Assembly (NCBI GenBank): GCA_964510585.1
Contig: CAZECW010000124.1
Span: 1 to 6,403 of the forward strand
Direction: 5' to 3'
From: an uncultured archaeon
GTDB lineage: Archaea > Asgardarchaeota > Jordiarchaeia > Jordiarchaeales > Jordiarchaeaceae
DNA: 6,403 nucleotides
The stretch's first letter is position 1. Each line of letters opens with the position of its first letter. Made by a program: the position numbers and the translations under genes. Shown here piece after piece: positions 4,903 through 6,403 of the stretch. The notes beneath the pieces were generated by a model. That model was not told the DNA's origin. It saw only the letters and a list, made by a program, of their open reading frames with translations, and searched no databases.

Positions 4903-5413
4903 AATTAAGCTGTTACCTAATTTGTGGATACCGGTTCCCAACTATGGTTATGGAGTGTTTACCGATTTTATTAGTGATTTGGGTGTGGGGCCTTCCTCAT
5001 TCATCTTTAATACTGGTATGATTGTTGCGGGTGTTCTTACCGTGCTAATGTTTCCCACTCTGCTCAGGCCGCTGGGAAGTACGGGGAAAGCGAAGATAGG
5101 TGTCGCATTAGGAATTATTGCGGGGGTAGGGTTGGCTGGTGTCGGTGTCTATCCAGAAAATACAGGGTTTTACCATGTTTTGTTTGCTTCCATGTTCTTT
5201 ATTTCTATTTTTATTGCGGCGGGTGTTCTCAGCTATGCTAATGAGTCAACTTCGTTCTTTTCAAAGACTGTTCAAAGATTGGGCTACTTCGTATTTCCAG
5301 CGGGTCTTGTTTGCACTGGTCTTATTCTAATTTTCGGGCCCCCTCCAGAATGGGTTCATCTCTTCTTATTATTAATTTGGGCTCTACCACTAAGCATAGA
5401 AATGTTGGCTTAA
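4850..5413 (+). pseudogene. 5'-truncated DUF998-like multi-pass membrane protein gene (paralog of 5542-6234)
   Basis: YxxxxxxISDLG..FN.G, G.GV..E....H..F and G..PEW motifs. Gap-free alignment with the downstream paralog gives 83/162 identities from WIPVPN onward. The N-terminal TM helix of the paralog is missing, there is an in-frame TGA at 4847-4849 and no RBS, so TTG4850 is probably not a real start. Confidence 0.75.
4851..4870 (+). repeat. IS607-type right-end tandem motif
   Basis: TGTGGACTTA-TGTCTACTTA (8/10 tandem, 10-nt period), same orientation as and 9/10 identical to the left-end motif TGTGGACATA. Confidence 0.55.
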
Positions 5414-5541
5414 GGGAACTGCCTCTGATAGCCTAAGCTTCAAGACCCTAAGACTTAAACTCCCCACTTATCCCCCTTTTTTCACAGAAAAAAATATAAC
5501 TAGTTTAGTAGCGAATATTTGAGAAGTATGATTCCCGTGGT

Positions 5542-6234
5542 GTGGTGATCTCTGTGAAAAATAAAAAGTCCGGTTTAGGGAAAAAGCTCCCGTTGACTTT
5601 TGTAGGCGGTGTTATTGCCTTCTTGGGCATAACTATTGCAGTTGTTTGCATTTTGAGTGCAGTGTTCCTTTACACCAGTGTCTCTCCAGTTATGCCTTAC
5701 TCAGTTAAGATATTCCTCTTTAGGACTTGGGTTCCCGTTCCCAACTTTGGATACTCCTGGACTCGCCAAGCTATAAGTGACTTAGGCGTGGGTCCTACTT
5801 CCTTCATGTTCAACGTGGGTCTAATCATTACTGGTATACTATATCTCCCGTTCCTTCCTACGATCCTTAAGCCTTTGGGATACACTAGAACCGCCAAGAT
5901 TGGGATGGTAACAGGTTGGATTGCATGCGTCTCCCTCATCGGGATAGGCGTTTTTTCAGAGGTGGCATCATTCTACCATAACCTATTCTCCATATTGTTC
6001 TGGATGCTCATCGCATTAACAGCCGGTATCCTAAGTTTGGCTATGCGTTCATCATCATTCTTCTCAAAGGCAATGCAGCGTATCGGATACTTTGAGTGGG
6101 CAGCAGGCTGGACACTGGGAGTCCTCACCCTCCTCTACGGCGCTATTCCCGAATGGCTCATGCTCCTCACACTAACTATCTGGATTTACGCTCTGAGCAT
6201 AGAAATGATAGTTAAAGGAAGAAAAGCCCAATAA
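5542..6234 (+). CDS. DUF998-like multi-pass membrane protein (230 aa; true start possibly GTG5554)
   Basis: N-terminal TM helix, then GYSWTRQAISDLG..FMFNVGLIITG, GIGVFSE..FYH.LF and YGAIPEW. GGTGAT RBS-like site at 5544-5549 fits a start at 5554. Confidence 0.88.
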   Translation: MVISVKNKKSGLGKKLPLTFVGGVIAFLGITIAVVCILSAVFLYTSVSPVMPYSVKIFLFRTWVPVPNFGYSWTRQAISDLGVGPTSFMFNVGLIITGILYLPFLPTILKPLGYTRTAKIGMVTGWIACVSLIGIGVFSEVASFYHNLFSILFWMLIALTAGILSLAMRSSSFFSKAMQRIGYFEWAAGWTLGVLTLLYGAIPEWLMLLTLTIWIYALSIEMIVKGRKAQ

Positions 6235-6267
6235 AATAGAATTCCTAAAATCAGGTTCTACACTTAC

Positions 6268-6403
6268 AGAACCTTGGCGAGAAAGCCCCCGACTTTAGTC
6301 GCGGGGATGAATCGCCCAAAAAGCTTATAAGAAAGTAGGAAAGGATGATGATTGTTGGTAGCTGAAGGGTTTGGCTTGGGCTTAAGGGGCTAAACAAGAC
6401 GCA
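6268..6403 (+). mobile_element. Left end of an IS200/IS605-family (IS608-like) element continuing beyond the window
   Basis: TTAC (6264-6267), then 14 nt, then AAAG (6282-6285) at the foot of the hairpin CCCC-CGAC-TTTA-GTCG-c-GGGG (6286-6306, one 3'-arm bulge). An outer GGCGA/TCGCC stem and AAAAGCTTATAA follow. This is the IS608 left-end layout. Confidence 0.75.

Noticed and set aside
3405-5514. TAGTAGCGA shared upstream of tnpB (3405-3413) and of the DUF998 gene (5506-5514)
   Set aside because: Similar position after AT-rich boxes, but only 9 nt with no flanking similarity; not distinguishable from chance.
5139-5939. ORFs 5139-5330 (+, alternative frame) and 5697-5939 (-)
   Set aside because: Overlap well-supported DUF998-like genes and have no features of their own.
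1-6403. CRISPR array / Cas12f locus
   Set aside because: No regularly spaced 25-40-nt repeats and no cas1/cas2/cas4; the nuclease is best treated as a transposon TnpB.

Overview
Archaeal-type accessory region, judged from TATA boxes about 25-28 nt upstream of starts, a GAGGTGA ribosome-binding site and GTG/TTG starts. It is dominated by IS200/IS605/IS607-superfamily DNA. An IS607-family serine transposase gene (tnpA, 132-713) and a frameshifted tnpB (3480-4771) with a rearranged RuvC site lie in the usual tandem orientation. They are separated by about 2.77 kb of mostly oppositely oriented cargo: a 2-TM pilin-like ORF, a broken membrane ORF, a wHTH + Zn-ribbon gene pair, an array of CCCT-N6-AGGG palindromes and a candidate ~80-nt three-way-junction RNA with its own TATA box. 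Near-identical 10-nt tandem motifs sit just upstream of tnpA (TGTGGACATA) and just downstream of tnpB (TGTGGACTTA), which suggests a single ~4.8-kb cargo-carrying IS607 element. Its right end runs into a 5'-truncated DUF998-like membrane protein gene, followed by an intact paralog (about 51% identical). An IS608-like (IS200/IS605) left end starts at 6268. All calls come from reading motifs by eye; no database searches were run.
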